A stretch of DNA of 51,423 nucleotides from Deltaproteobacteria bacterium. Lineage in GTDB: Bacteria; Desulfobacterota; RBG-13-43-22. The translations under genes and the position numbers were made by a program. Location: positions 1-51,423 of the forward strand of contig JACRCK010000115.1 in NCBI GenBank assembly GCA_016219065.1, given 5' to 3'. The notes below the pieces were generated by a model that was not told where the DNA came from, made no database searches, and saw only the letters and a program-made list of their open reading frames with translations. This document shows positions 1 through 8,722 of this stretch, piece after piece; the stretch's first letter is position 1, and the number at the start of each line of letters is the position of its first letter.

Positions 1-206
1 TGCGGCGGAAGTGGTGGGTGATCGTCGCCGCCCTGGTCCTGGTCCTGGTCACGGTCCCCGTCTATTTCAAGCTGGGCTCGGAATTCATGCCCCCCCTGGA
101 GGAGGGCTCCATCCTCTATATGCCCACCACCATGCCGGTGATCTCCCTCACCGAGGCCCAGTAGCTGCTCCAGGTCACGGACCGGATCATCCGCCGCTTT
201 CCTGAA

Positions 207-1625
207 GTGGACCGCGTGTTGGGCAAGGCCGGTCGGGCCGAGACCTCTACGGATCCGGCGCCGCTCTCCATGCTGGAGACGGTCATCACCCTCAAACCCA
301 AGTCCCAGTGGCGGAAAACGGATACCTGGTATTCGAACTGGGCGCCGGATTGGGCCAAGGCCGCTCTGCGCCGGATCACCCCGGACCACATTTCCCAGGA
401 AGACCTGATTTCTCAGATGAACGAGGCTTTGAAGATTTCCGGACTGGCCAACTCCTGGACCATGCCGATCAAGGGCCGAATCGAGATGTTGAGCACCGGC
501 TTGAAAACCCCCCTGGGGCTCAAGATCTCCGGTGCGGACCTGGACACCATCGAAGAGATAGGGGCCCGGGTCGAGGCGGTCCTGACCCCGGTGAAGGGGA
601 CCCGCAGCGTCTTCGCCGAACGCACCGGCAGCGGCTATTTCCTGGATTTCGAATGGGACCGAGAGGCGTTGTCCCGGTACGGCTTGAGCATCGAGGAGGC
701 CCAGGGAGTGGTGCAGCGGGCCATCGGCGGGGAAAACGTGACCACCACGGTGGAAGGTCGGGAACGGTACCCGGTGAACGTCCGCTACCAGCGTGATTTC
801 CGCGGCGATCTGGGGACCCTGGCACGGGTGCTGGTCCCGGTGGCCGGCGGGCAGAAACAGATCCCGGTCTCCCTGTTGGCCCGCATCAATGTGGCCGAAG
901 GGCCGGCCATGATCCGCGACGAAGACGGCCTGCTGGCCGGTTACGTCTACCTGGACATCACCGGCCGGGATCAGGAGGGCTACATCGCCGAAGCCGGAAA
1001 ACTGCTCCGGGAAAAGGTGAAACTGCCGCCGGGGTACGCCATCTCCTGGAGTGGTCAGTACGAGGCCCTGGAACGGGTCAAGGAAAAGCTGACCTGGGTC
1101 GTGCCCCTGACCCTGATTTTGATCCTCTTTCTCCTCTACCTCAATACCCGGTCCCTGACCAAGACCCTGATTATCACCCTGGCCGTCCCGTTCTCGGCCA
1201 TCGGGGCCTTTTGGTTTCTTTACCTGCTTGGATATAATTTAAGCATCGGCGTCTGGGTGGGGCTGATCGCCCTGCTGGGGGTGGATGCCGAAACCGGGGT
1301 TTTCATGCTTCTCTACCTCGACCTGGCCTACGAACAGGCCAAAAAGGAGGGACGCCTGCGCAGCCTGGCCGATCTGCAGGAAGCCATCCGTTACGGGGCG
1401 GTGCAGCGGTTGCGGCCCAAGTTCATGACCACGGCCACCATGTTTTTCGGACTCATTCCAATCATGTGGTCCCTGGGAGCGGGCGCCGACGTGATGAAAC
1501 GGATCGCCGCGCCCATGGTGGGGGGGATTTTCACCTCCTTCCTCCTGGAGTTGCTGGTCTATCCGGCCGTTTATCAGATTTGGAAGTGGAATTTTGAACT
1601 GAAAAAACAAGTTTCAAAGGAGTAA
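207..1625 (+). CDS. cusA: CusA/CzcA-family heavy-metal efflux RND permease, C-terminal ~470 aa. The same frame continues upstream to the window edge but is interrupted by TAG at 162-164.
   Basis: The translation (FPEVDRVLGKAGRAETSTDPAPLSMLETVITLKPKSQWR, then a C-terminal TM bundle with RLRPKFMTTATMFFGLIPIMW) is collinear by eye with E. coli CusA. Upstream codons 3-161 in the same frame read ..YFKLGSEFMPPLEEGSILYMPTTMPVISLTEAQ, which is also CusA-like. Confidence 0.85.
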   Translation: MDRVLGKAGRAETSTDPAPLSMLETVITLKPKSQWRKTDTWYSNWAPDWAKAALRRITPDHISQEDLISQMNEALKISGLANSWTMPIKGRIEMLSTGLKTPLGLKISGADLDTIEEIGARVEAVLTPVKGTRSVFAERTGSGYFLDFEWDREALSRYGLSIEEAQGVVQRAIGGENVTTTVEGRERYPVNVRYQRDFRGDLGTLARVLVPVAGGQKQIPVSLLARINVAEGPAMIRDEDGLLAGYVYLDITGRDQEGYIAEAGKLLREKVKLPPGYAISWSGQYEALERVKEKLTWVVPLTLILILFLLYLNTRSLTKTLIITLAVPFSAIGAFWFLYLLGYNLSIGVWVGLIALLGVDAETGVFMLLYLDLAYEQAKKEGRLRSLADLQEAIRYGAVQRLRPKFMTTATMFFGLIPIMWSLGAGADVMKRIAAPMVGGIFTSFLLELLVYPAVYQIWKWNFELKKQVSKE

Positions 1626-1695
1626 TGGATTGGTTGGAGTATTGGAGTATTGTTTTAAAAACCATTACTCCATCGCTCCAATATTCCATTACTCC
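1619..1695. repeat. Palindromic intergenic repeat (ggagtaatgg...ttggagtattggagtattg / ...cattactcc), copy 1 of 2
   Basis: The left arm is almost identical to 37630-37662. The arms are inverted and a T-run follows. It lies between convergent genes right after the cusA stop. Confidence 0.8.
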
Positions 1696-1701
1696 ATTTT
1701 T

Positions 1702-2100
1702 TTATCTGGCATTGATCTGGAACTTGACGGTGGACATCTTTCCGCCCAGGGTGATTTTCAGGGCGATGACCCAGGGGCCGTCCATGATCAGGCGCATGAC
1801 CATTTGGTACCGGTCGCCCTTCTGCTTGGCCGGTTCGGTAAAATTCATGGGGGCCATGCGGGGCATGGGGGGCATGTAATAATTCACCAGCACCTGGGCC
1901 TCGGTAATCCGGCGGCCCCCGGGGTCCTTGATCTCGATCTCGAGGGGATTGTCCCCGACAATAGGGGGATTCCGGCTGATCCGGATTGTCACTTCATAGG
2001 GGCCCAACATCTTGCGGGCCTCGGCGGCTTGGGCGGGAGAGGAAAGGGTCAGAAAAAAAAGGATCAGGAAGAGGGAAATTAATTTATTCACGGTTTTCAT
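1702..2100 (-). CDS. Small secreted FixH/YtkA-like protein with a Met-rich motif
   Basis: Signal peptide MKTVNKLISLFLILFFLTLSSPAQA. A 132 aa beta-rich protein with MPPMPRMAPM. It sits next to the RND metal pump. Confidence 0.6.
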   Translation of the reverse strand: MKTVNKLISLFLILFFLTLSSPAQAAEARKMLGPYEVTIRISRNPPIVGDNPLEIEIKDPGGRRITEAQVLVNYYMPPMPRMAPMNFTEPAKQKGDRYQMVMRLIMDGPWVIALKITLGGKMSTVKFQINAR

Positions 2101-2244
2101 ATTTCAGACTATGCGCCACAAAGGTACAGGGTACAATCTTTTTTTCCTTTTGGGGAAATTTTTCAAGAATATTATTCGATTAGAAGTTGAATTTTTCCAA
2201 ATTCGGGCTTATTTTACTAAATATCCACCGAGAAAACCAGCCTT

Positions 2245-2541
2245 ATGCGCAAATCGAACCTGTTCTTTTTATATACCCTTGTCCTGTTTCTGCTGCTGGG
2301 CCTGGTATTTCTCCGGGATTCCCTTGATAAGAAGACGGATACGGAAGCGTTTCAGGTCCGGGTGGAAATGGTCCGAAGCCACGGCCTGACCGATCTTTGT
2401 CTCTTTACTGAAGCACGCTACACCCGTCATCCCAGCCAGGCCGATTTTCATTCTCCTTTCCAGGACTCTCCCCTTTCCCTGGAACATTTCCCTTCCGGGT
2501 CGCTGCTCGGCTCGCCTCATCAGGCGGGGAAGAATAGATGA
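2245..2541 (+). CDS. Hypothetical single-pass membrane protein, first gene of the FtsX/ABC unit
   Basis: Hydrophobic N-terminus LFFLYTLVLFLLLGLVFL. It ends 18 nt before the permease start. I recognise no family. Confidence 0.45.
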   Translation: MRKSNLFFLYTLVLFLLLGLVFLRDSLDKKTDTEAFQVRVEMVRSHGLTDLCLFTEARYTRHPSQADFHSPFQDSPLSLEHFPSGSLLGSPHQAGKNR

Positions 2542-2559
2542 AAGGATTTTTACCGGTAA

Positions 2560-3693
2560 ATGCGCGTTTGGATTGAACGCCAGAAGAACATCCTCGATTT
2601 CACCCTGGCCTCCCTGCTGCGGCGAAAACGGAAAAACGCGGCCTTGGTGCTGGTGTACACCCTGATCGTTTTCCTGCTGTCCTCCGTAATGTTTTTTACC
2701 CGCTCCATACAGCAGGAGGCAGAGGTCCTGCTCCGGGAGGCGCCGGAGATGGTCGTTCAGAGGCAGGTGGCCGGGCGCCATGAACTGATCCCGTTGAGCT
2801 ACATGGAAAAGATCCGGGGTCTGCGGGGGGTGCAGTCCATTCGGGGACGGCTGTGGGGGTATTATTATGACCCGATCGTGGGGGCCAACTACACCCTCCT
2901 GGTGTCGGAAGACGCAGCGGTGGTCCCGGGAAGCATAGCCGTAGGGGAGGGCGTCGCCCGGGTCCGGCTGGCCGCGGTGGGTGACGACCTCGAGTTCCGG
3001 ACCCATACCGGAGTCCTCCGAGAGTTGAAAATCGGAAAGATCTTCCCCGGAGAGACGGGCCTGGTGTCTTCCGATCTGATTCTGATTACCGAGTCGGATT
3101 TCCGGGATCTTTTCGGCATTGCCGGAGCCTATGCGACCGATCTGGTGGTCCGGGTTCGGAATCCCCGGGAGCTGGCGACGATCACCTTGAAGGTGGCGGA
3201 AGCCCTGCCTGATACGCGGCAGATCCTGCGGGAGGAAATATTGCGGACCTACGAGACCGTGTTCAGTTGGCGGGGGGGCCTGCTGATCGCCATTTTCGCC
3301 GGCAGCATATTGGCCTTTATTATCCTGGCCTGGGACAAGGCCTCGGGACCGACCCTGGAGGAACGGCGGGAACTCGGCATTCTCAAGGCCGTCGGCTGGG
3401 AAACCGCGGATGTGATCCTGATGAAATTCTGGGAAGGGGTGGCGATCTCGCTGACGGCCTTTCTCCCCGGGATCCTGCTGGCCTATGTCCACGTGTTCCT
3501 GACCTCCTTCATCCTCTTCGAGCCGGTGCTGAAGGGCTGGTCGGTACTCTATCCCCATTTTTCATTGACTCCGGCCGTCGACGTGGCGCAGGTAGCCGCC
3601 CTGTTCTTCCTGATAGTGGTCCCCTATATCGTGGCCACGGTGATCCCCGCCTGGCGCGCGGCCATCGTCGACCCGGATTCGGTGATGAGATAA
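2560..3693 (+). CDS. FtsX/MacB-type ABC transporter permease
   Basis: N-terminal TM, large extracytoplasmic domain, and a C-terminal FtsX module (ELGILKAVGWETADVILMKFWEGVAISL plus 3 TMs). Confidence 0.85.
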   Translation: MRVWIERQKNILDFTLASLLRRKRKNAALVLVYTLIVFLLSSVMFFTRSIQQEAEVLLREAPEMVVQRQVAGRHELIPLSYMEKIRGLRGVQSIRGRLWGYYYDPIVGANYTLLVSEDAAVVPGSIAVGEGVARVRLAAVGDDLEFRTHTGVLRELKIGKIFPGETGLVSSDLILITESDFRDLFGIAGAYATDLVVRVRNPRELATITLKVAEALPDTRQILREEILRTYETVFSWRGGLLIAIFAGSILAFIILAWDKASGPTLEERRELGILKAVGWETADVILMKFWEGVAISLTAFLPGILLAYVHVFLTSFILFEPVLKGWSVLYPHFSLTPAVDVAQVAALFFLIVVPYIVATVIPAWRAAIVDPDSVMR

Positions 3694-3703
3694 AATCGCC
3701 TGG

Positions 3704-3951
3704 GTCATTGGGGCCGGAGGCCCGTCAATTGAGGCTGACGCCTCGGTCATTGGGCTGCGCCGTCATTTTTTAACAGCAATGGTAGGATGAAAAGAGCGAA
3801 GCGAAACTCAACAAAAAAGGCCGGCTGGGAGGTGTTGGGTTTCGCCGAAAGACGGCTCTACCCAACCTACGATCTGCCACTACCGTCTTCAATGACGGGC
3901 GAAGCCCCAATGACGAGGCGCCAGCCTCCAATTACGGCGAAGCCCAATGAC
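3704..3951. repeat. MITE-like nested palindromic element between the permease and ATPase genes
   Basis: Imperfect inverted arms of ~62 bp (3704-3767 and 3891-3951), each built from gtcattgggg-type units. They flank a core with the hairpin gttgggtttcgcc..ctctacccaac. Confidence 0.75.
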
Positions 3952-3967
3952 AAATAATAGGTATTTT

Positions 3968-4639
3968 ATGATTAAACTGGTCGAAATCAAAAAAGTCTTC
4001 AACGCGGGGAAACCCAACGAGTTCGCCGCCCTCCGGGGGATCAGCCTGACCATAGAGGACGGCCGGGCCACGGTAATCAAGGGACCCAGCGGGTCGGGGA
4101 AGACGACCCTGTTGAGCCTGATCGGCTGCATGACCCGGCCCACCGAGGGTCGGATCTGGCTGGGCGACCGGGAGATTACCAGTCTCCCGGAACGATTCCT
4201 GACCGAGATCCGCCGGAAGACCTTCGGGTTTATCTTCCAGCAGCCTAATCTCATCAAGGGACTGACCGCCCTGGATAACATCCTGCTGCCCGCCCTGCCT
4301 CTGGGAGAGCCCTATGCCGATATCCGGAAACGGGGGATGAATCTTTTGGAAAGGCTTCGTATCGGCCCCAAGGCCTCCTCCAAAGTGGAGTGGCTCTCCG
4401 GGGGGGAGGCCCAACGGGTAACCGTCGCCCGGGCCTTGATCAACGACCCTTCCTGCATCATCGCCGACGAACCCACCGCCCACCTGGATTCCGCCCTTAC
4501 CCAAGAGTTGCTGGATATTCTACAGGAATTGAAGCGGGACGGGAAAACCCTGCTGATTTCGAGCCACGACCCTCTGGTATACGATTCCCAGGCCGCGGAC
4601 CGGGTGGTCAACGTGCGGGATGGAAGGGTGGAAAATTGA
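3968..4639 (+). CDS. ABC transporter ATP-binding protein (MacB/LolD-like)
   Basis: Walker A GPSGSGKTT, Q-loop FIFQQ, signature LSGGEAQRV, Walker B IIADEPTAHLD. The ORF opens at 3947, but that ATG lies inside the repeat arm. MIKLVEIKKVF (ATG 3968) is the typical N-terminus. Confidence 0.9.
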   Translation: MIKLVEIKKVFNAGKPNEFAALRGISLTIEDGRATVIKGPSGSGKTTLLSLIGCMTRPTEGRIWLGDREITSLPERFLTEIRRKTFGFIFQQPNLIKGLTALDNILLPALPLGEPYADIRKRGMNLLERLRIGPKASSKVEWLSGGEAQRVTVARALINDPSCIIADEPTAHLDSALTQELLDILQELKRDGKTLLISSHDPLVYDSQAADRVVNVRDGRVEN

Positions 4640-4705
4640 TACGAGAATACCGTTCGGCGAAGGAGTTAAATACAGAAATAGATTCTATACCCTGACTGGT
4701 GACTC

Positions 4706-4813
4706 GTCATTGCGAGACCCGCCTGAGGCGGGTCGAAGCAATCCCCCGGATAAGCTTCGAGGAAATCCAAGCTGGGACGGGGATTGCTTCGTCGCTTCAC
4801 TCCTCGCAATGAC
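4706..4813. repeat. Palindromic intergenic repeat (gtcattgcgag...gaagcaatccc / gggattgcttc...ctcgcaatgac)
   Basis: The terminal 11-mers are exact reverse complements. Internal gcctgaggcgggtcgaagcaatccc pairs with gggattgcttcgtcgcttcac. Confidence 0.8.
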
Positions 4814-4898
4814 TTACTCGGTCAAAATTCGTATTTTCATGCTTCGCGGGTGGGTGAACTACCGTAGGTGACCGTGAGGTCGGGAAAAGGTTTTGGTC

Positions 4899-4942
4899 AT
4901 TTGAATTTGTTTCGAATTTCGAGTTTCGGATTTCGAATTTAA
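4899..4942. repeat. Short-period AT-rich tract (ttcgaattt / tttcggattt units)
   Basis: catttgaatttgtttcgaatttcgagtttcggatttcgaattt, directly upstream of the 4957 start. Confidence 0.6.
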
Positions 4943-4956
4943 TCGACGAGGTTTCA

Positions 4957-5952
4957 TTGCTTTTCCACCCCACTATCCTGGCCCTATACGTCGGTTCCCT
5001 GCTGGTGGCCTTCCTGGTGCTCTATGCGGTGCCGCCGGCCCTGCAGATACTCCGGCGCTGGGACCTGCACAGCGGCAGCGAGCTGCAACTCAACATCGAA
5101 AGAAAGACCTACCTGATCTCCACCCTGTTGGCCTATGCCTTCGGTTTTGAACTCCTCTCCTTTTTCCTGTACATTTTTGCGGCCGAGCAGCTCCACCCCC
5201 TTTTCGTGGGGGCCATGTGCGCCGCAGGGTCGCTCTACGTCAATGCCTTCGGCTATCCGACCTTGATCCTCAAGCTGATCAACTTTCTCCTTGTCGGCGT
5301 CTGGCTGATTTTGAACTATGCGGACAACCGGGGCGACGATTACCCGCTGATTCGCCTCAAGTACGGGTATTTCCTGCTCCTGGCGCCCCTGATCCTGCTG
5401 GAGACTTTTCTTCAGGCCAAATATTTTCTCGGCCTGGCGCCGGATGTCATCACCTCCTGTTGCGGCAGCCTCTTCAGCACCGGGACCGGCGTGCGTTCTT
5501 CGGGAGGGAGGCTTTTCCCGAAGGCCCCGGCTATAGCCGTTTTTTATGTCACCCAGGCCCTGACTACGGGTTCCGGGTTTTATTTCCTGCGGAAAGGCCG
5601 GGGAGGCTACCTGTTTTCGGGTCTGAGCGCCCTGGCCCTGCTCGTGTCCGTCGGCTCCATTTTTTCTTTCATCTCCCTCTATATTTACGAACTTCCAACC
5701 CATGCCTGCCCCTTTTGCCTGCTGCAGAAGGATTATCATTTTATCGGTTATCCCCTGTACCTGACCCTTTTGGGAGGGGCCATTGCCGGGATCGGTACCG
5801 GGGTGCTGATGCCTTTTAAAAAAATAGCCAGTCTCTCCACCTCCCTGCCCGGTATTCAGAAGAAATTAACCTGGACTTCGATCCTCTTCTTTCTGGTTTT
5901 CACCGGATTGGTCACCGTCCAGGTTCTTCTTTCCAACTTGGTTTTGGAGTGA
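4957..5952 (+). CDS. Polytopic membrane protein of unknown function with conserved-looking Cys motifs
   Basis: TTG start with GAGG 5 nt upstream. About 8 hydrophobic helices. Contains TSCCGSLFS and THACPFCLLQK. Confidence 0.6.
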   Translation: MLFHPTILALYVGSLLVAFLVLYAVPPALQILRRWDLHSGSELQLNIERKTYLISTLLAYAFGFELLSFFLYIFAAEQLHPLFVGAMCAAGSLYVNAFGYPTLILKLINFLLVGVWLILNYADNRGDDYPLIRLKYGYFLLLAPLILLETFLQAKYFLGLAPDVITSCCGSLFSTGTGVRSSGGRLFPKAPAIAVFYVTQALTTGSGFYFLRKGRGGYLFSGLSALALLVSVGSIFSFISLYIYELPTHACPFCLLQKDYHFIGYPLYLTLLGGAIAGIGTGVLMPFKKIASLSTSLPGIQKKLTWTSILFFLVFTGLVTVQVLLSNLVLE

Positions 5953-6028
5953 AGCCGGAGGTATAGAGGCGGCAGCGAACGCCTGGTCGGCTGGCGAGAC
6001 GCCTGTTCTATTTATCAAGCTCGCGGGT

Positions 6029-6108
6029 GTTCAGACCGCCTCGGTCTGCCAGACCGAGGCGGTCTTGCCTCTGGGCCTTCCACTCAAAGCTTTTTCAGGC
6101 TTTGCGGT
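6029..6108 (+). repeat. Nested-palindrome repeat (agaccgcctcggtct gcc agaccgaggcggtct + ..agctttttcaggctt), copy 1
   Basis: About 80% identical by hand alignment to the reverse complement of 8619-8699. Confidence 0.8.
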
Positions 6109-6142
6109 TGTGACGCCGCAGGCGTTACCTGAGGGGTTAGTA

Positions 6143-6178
6143 CAAAAAAAAGGCGCATCCTTGGATGCGCCTTTTTTG
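6143..6178. terminator. Bidirectional rho-independent terminator
   Basis: A-run, 10-bp stem aggcgcatcc/ggatgcgcct, T-run. It lies between convergent genes. Confidence 0.8.
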
Positions 6179-6190
6179 GTTAAGATTAAA

Positions 6191-8422
6191 TCACTTGACC
6201 GCTCCCTTGAATATTCCAGGCAGATGGAGCGGGAAAAGCTGTTTGGTGGTCGTGAGCAGGGAGAAGGTCTTACTTGTCAGGGTGGTGACCGACGTGGCGC
6301 TGATCTCCGCCGTGTCGCTCAAGGGAAAGATCCCCGCCGGCACGGTGACCAGGATGGTGGCCGTGGTCACGGCGTCAACGGCCATGAGACCGGTATTGAG
6401 CGTCCCGTTGGCAAAGGTGCCGGTCGTGGTCCAGTTGTGGCCGAGGTGGTTGAGGGTAAAGGAGTCCGCCACCCCGCTGGTGTTCTTGAAGTTTAAAGTA
6501 TAGGTGACCTGGGTGCCGACCTCCCCGATCTTGCCGTCTTTAATGGGCAGCAGGTAGGGGCGGATGGCCCAGAGTCGGCCCTGTCCAGCCGCGGCCCCCA
6601 AGGTAGGATCGTCGCCGCCGTACAAAGTCCCCTCGGGATCCAGGGCTAGGGCGCTTATATTCTGAAAAGGTGAATTGGGCAGCACACCGGTAGTCCCCTG
6701 GTTGGAGTAGGTCTCGGCGACCCCGTCGGCCGGGTTGAAACGCCAAACCGTATCCGCGGTGCCAATATAGAGGAAGCGGGCGCCGTCATAAGCCAGGGCA
6801 CCGGGGGTAACGATCGTCGTAGGCAGCAACGTTACCGCATTGCAGGTTCCTGTGCAGGCGGCAGCGTTGTTGATCCGGCCCAGGTTGTTGGAGCCGGCGA
6901 CGAACAGATTGTTGTTCACAAAGGCCAATTGGGTCGTCGCAATCGCGCCTGGTTCGGTGCCCACGTTCTCCATGGTCGGGGTCCCGTGGGGATTGGCAAT
7001 CCGGCTGATCGCACCGGTTCGGCCGAAGCCCACGTAGACCTTGTTGTCCGGACCGAAGGCCGCGGCGGTCGGCTGGTTATTAATGATGGTGACCGGATCG
7101 TTGACGAGCGGCCCGCTGGTGTCGAGATTAATTTCCTCGGTGGCCGGGTTGAAGACCAGGCGGTGGATGCCGGTGTTGTTCGTAGCGTTGTCCGTCAGGT
7201 AGATGAGATTCCGTACGGGATCGAAGGTGGCTTGGCCCGCGGACACGACGTTTCTATAGGCGATGGTTGAGGTTAAACCGGTTATATCTTCTACGGAAAA
7301 GATCCCGGTAACCGGGTCTTTAACGAGGCGGCAAAAGCCGTTCAGATGATCGGAGACCCAGAAATGCCCGCCCAGGGCGCCGGGCACCCAGATCAGGCCC
7401 GCCGGCGCCGTGAAATTACCGGCTGCATGAGCCGCGGTCCCCAAGACCATGTTGGTCAGTGAGGGGCCTGGAAGTGCGGTGGTATCCATGCTCCAGATCC
7501 GGCCTTGACCGAGTCCCGCTCCAGCCGTGGGGTCATCTCCAAGCAGCAGGAGGGTCCCGTTCACCCCCAGGGCGCTTCCGTTTAGAAAGGGCAATACAGG
7601 GGTTGTCGTCCCTGGAGCGGTCCCGCCGTTGGCGAAGAGGATCGCCGGTGTGGCGGGAGTGGCCGGATTGAATTGATAGACTGCCGATACGGTGCCGAAG
7701 AAAAGGTTGGTTCCGTCAAAAACGACTGCCTGGGGCAGGGATACGGTAGTGGCCACCGCGCCGCCTTGGCAGGCGCCGACACAGGCTGTAGCGTTGGCGA
7801 TCAACTCCGGGGTTTCCCCAGCGGCCAGATAGAGGTCATTACCTACAAAGGCTAGGGCCATAACTCCGCCACCGGCCCCGGCCGAATCGGTGCCTATGGT
7901 GGTTAGTAATCCCGCAGGGGTAACCTGTTCAATGAAGCCGTTGCGGATATAACTGACATAAATATTGTTGTCTGGTCCAATGGCGACACCGTTGGGAAGG
8001 TCTGCTATCCTGGCGGTCAGCGGATTAACAACCGTCCGGGTATCAAGGGTCGCCCCATTGAAATTGAAACTGATCAGTCCTGCGTCGTTGTCGGCCGCAT
8101 AGACGGTCGCACCGTTAACTGCCACCTGACCAAAGGCCCCGAGTTGGCAGGTTCCGACGTTCAGAACGAAAGTCCCGGCTATTCCACCGGGATCGAGGCG
8201 GCAAAGCCCTTGAAGATGATCGGTGACCCAGGGAGTTCCCCCCAAAAAGACGATCCCCGCCGGGGCAACCAGGCCGATCGCCGCCCGGGTGGCCACGGCC
8301 CCGTAAGAGGGTTGGATAGCAAAGAAGACCAGGAAGGCGATGAGGGCGAAGCAGATCCAACCTGATCGACCCGCACCTGGAAACATTCGGGTACTCTGTC
8401 CGGCATTTGACTGGTAATTCAT
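6191..8422 (-). CDS. Secreted protein made of two propeller-like modules plus a C-terminal Ig-like domain (paralog 1)
   Basis: AGGAGG lies 6 nt upstream of the ATG. It has an N-terminal TM/signal. The motifs W[VI][ST]DH..G.CRLD, GPD...YV...R.G, N[AT]A.C.G.C and GQGR[IL]W each occur twice. It ends ..LPGIFKGAVK. Confidence 0.8.
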   Translation of the reverse strand: MNYQSNAGQSTRMFPGAGRSGWICFALIAFLVFFAIQPSYGAVATRAAIGLVAPAGIVFLGGTPWVTDHLQGLCRLDPGGIAGTFVLNVGTCQLGAFGQVAVNGATVYAADNDAGLISFNFNGATLDTRTVVNPLTARIADLPNGVAIGPDNNIYVSYIRNGFIEQVTPAGLLTTIGTDSAGAGGGVMALAFVGNDLYLAAGETPELIANATACVGACQGGAVATTVSLPQAVVFDGTNLFFGTVSAVYQFNPATPATPAILFANGGTAPGTTTPVLPFLNGSALGVNGTLLLLGDDPTAGAGLGQGRIWSMDTTALPGPSLTNMVLGTAAHAAGNFTAPAGLIWVPGALGGHFWVSDHLNGFCRLVKDPVTGIFSVEDITGLTSTIAYRNVVSAGQATFDPVRNLIYLTDNATNNTGIHRLVFNPATEEINLDTSGPLVNDPVTIINNQPTAAAFGPDNKVYVGFGRTGAISRIANPHGTPTMENVGTEPGAIATTQLAFVNNNLFVAGSNNLGRINNAAACTGTCNAVTLLPTTIVTPGALAYDGARFLYIGTADTVWRFNPADGVAETYSNQGTTGVLPNSPFQNISALALDPEGTLYGGDDPTLGAAAGQGRLWAIRPYLLPIKDGKIGEVGTQVTYTLNFKNTSGVADSFTLNHLGHNWTTTGTFANGTLNTGLMAVDAVTTATILVTVPAGIFPLSDTAEISATSVTTLTSKTFSLLTTTKQLFPLHLPGIFKGAVK

Positions 8423-8531
8423 GGTAACCTCCTGTAATTTTATAAATTTTTATAATAAAATAGCTGACTAGCGGCTTCTCAATCGCAACACAATCATTAT
8501 ATCTAATATTTCCAGCATCAATAATGGGGGG

Positions 8532-8550
8532 AAAACATTATTTTTAGGTG
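8532..8550 (-). promoter_or_regulatory. Shared upstream motif of the two propeller paralogs (copy upstream of paralog 1)
   Basis: aaaacattatttttaggtg lies 110 nt upstream of the 8422 start and matches 11030-11048 at 17 of 19 positions. Confidence 0.35.
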
Positions 8551-8618
8551 CCAATAAATGTATTTTCTCTTCTTGCGAACTATTTAGACTAAAGGCCCAG
8601 GCTCGGGACGGCCACCCA

Positions 8619-8699
8619 CGAAGCCTGAAAAAGCTTCAGGGGTAAGGCCCTAGGTTAAGACCGACTCGGTCTGGCAGACCGAGTCGGTCTTAACCTAGG
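8619..8699 (-). repeat. Nested-palindrome repeat, copy 2, containing a perfect 24-bp-arm hairpin
   Basis: cctaggttaagaccgactcggtct ggc agaccgagtcggtcttaacctagg (8649-8699). The flanking gaagcctgaaaaagcttcagg matches copy 1. Confidence 0.85.
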
Positions 8700-8722
8700 T
8701 GGGCCTGGCAAGGCTTAAGGCT

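Noticed and set aside
11-205. 64-aa ORF at the window start and other small ORFs such as 10931-11128(-), 1625-1879(+), 1630-2082(+) and 2012-2389(+)
   Set aside because: They are out of frame with the clear CusA-like reading frame, or lie in promoter or repeat DNA. They have no RBS and low-complexity products.
2269-3558. Long antisense ORF (429 aa) opposite the FtsX permease. Similar ones are 9770-10822, 12303-14048, 15841-16815, 18951-20174, 31363-32700, 34102-34866, 35305-37623, 37859-38836 and 39566-40345.
   Set aside because: Their translations are Gly/Arg/Pro/His-rich low-complexity strings with no motifs. Each lies opposite a gene with clear family signatures. They are typical shadow ORFs of GC-rich coding DNA.
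8541-8560. TGGCAC on the minus strand (ttggcacctaaaaataatg) as a sigma-54 -24 element upstream of propeller paralog 1
   Set aside because: The -12 position reads AATAA rather than TTGC/GC, and the paralog-2 copy lacks TGGCAC.
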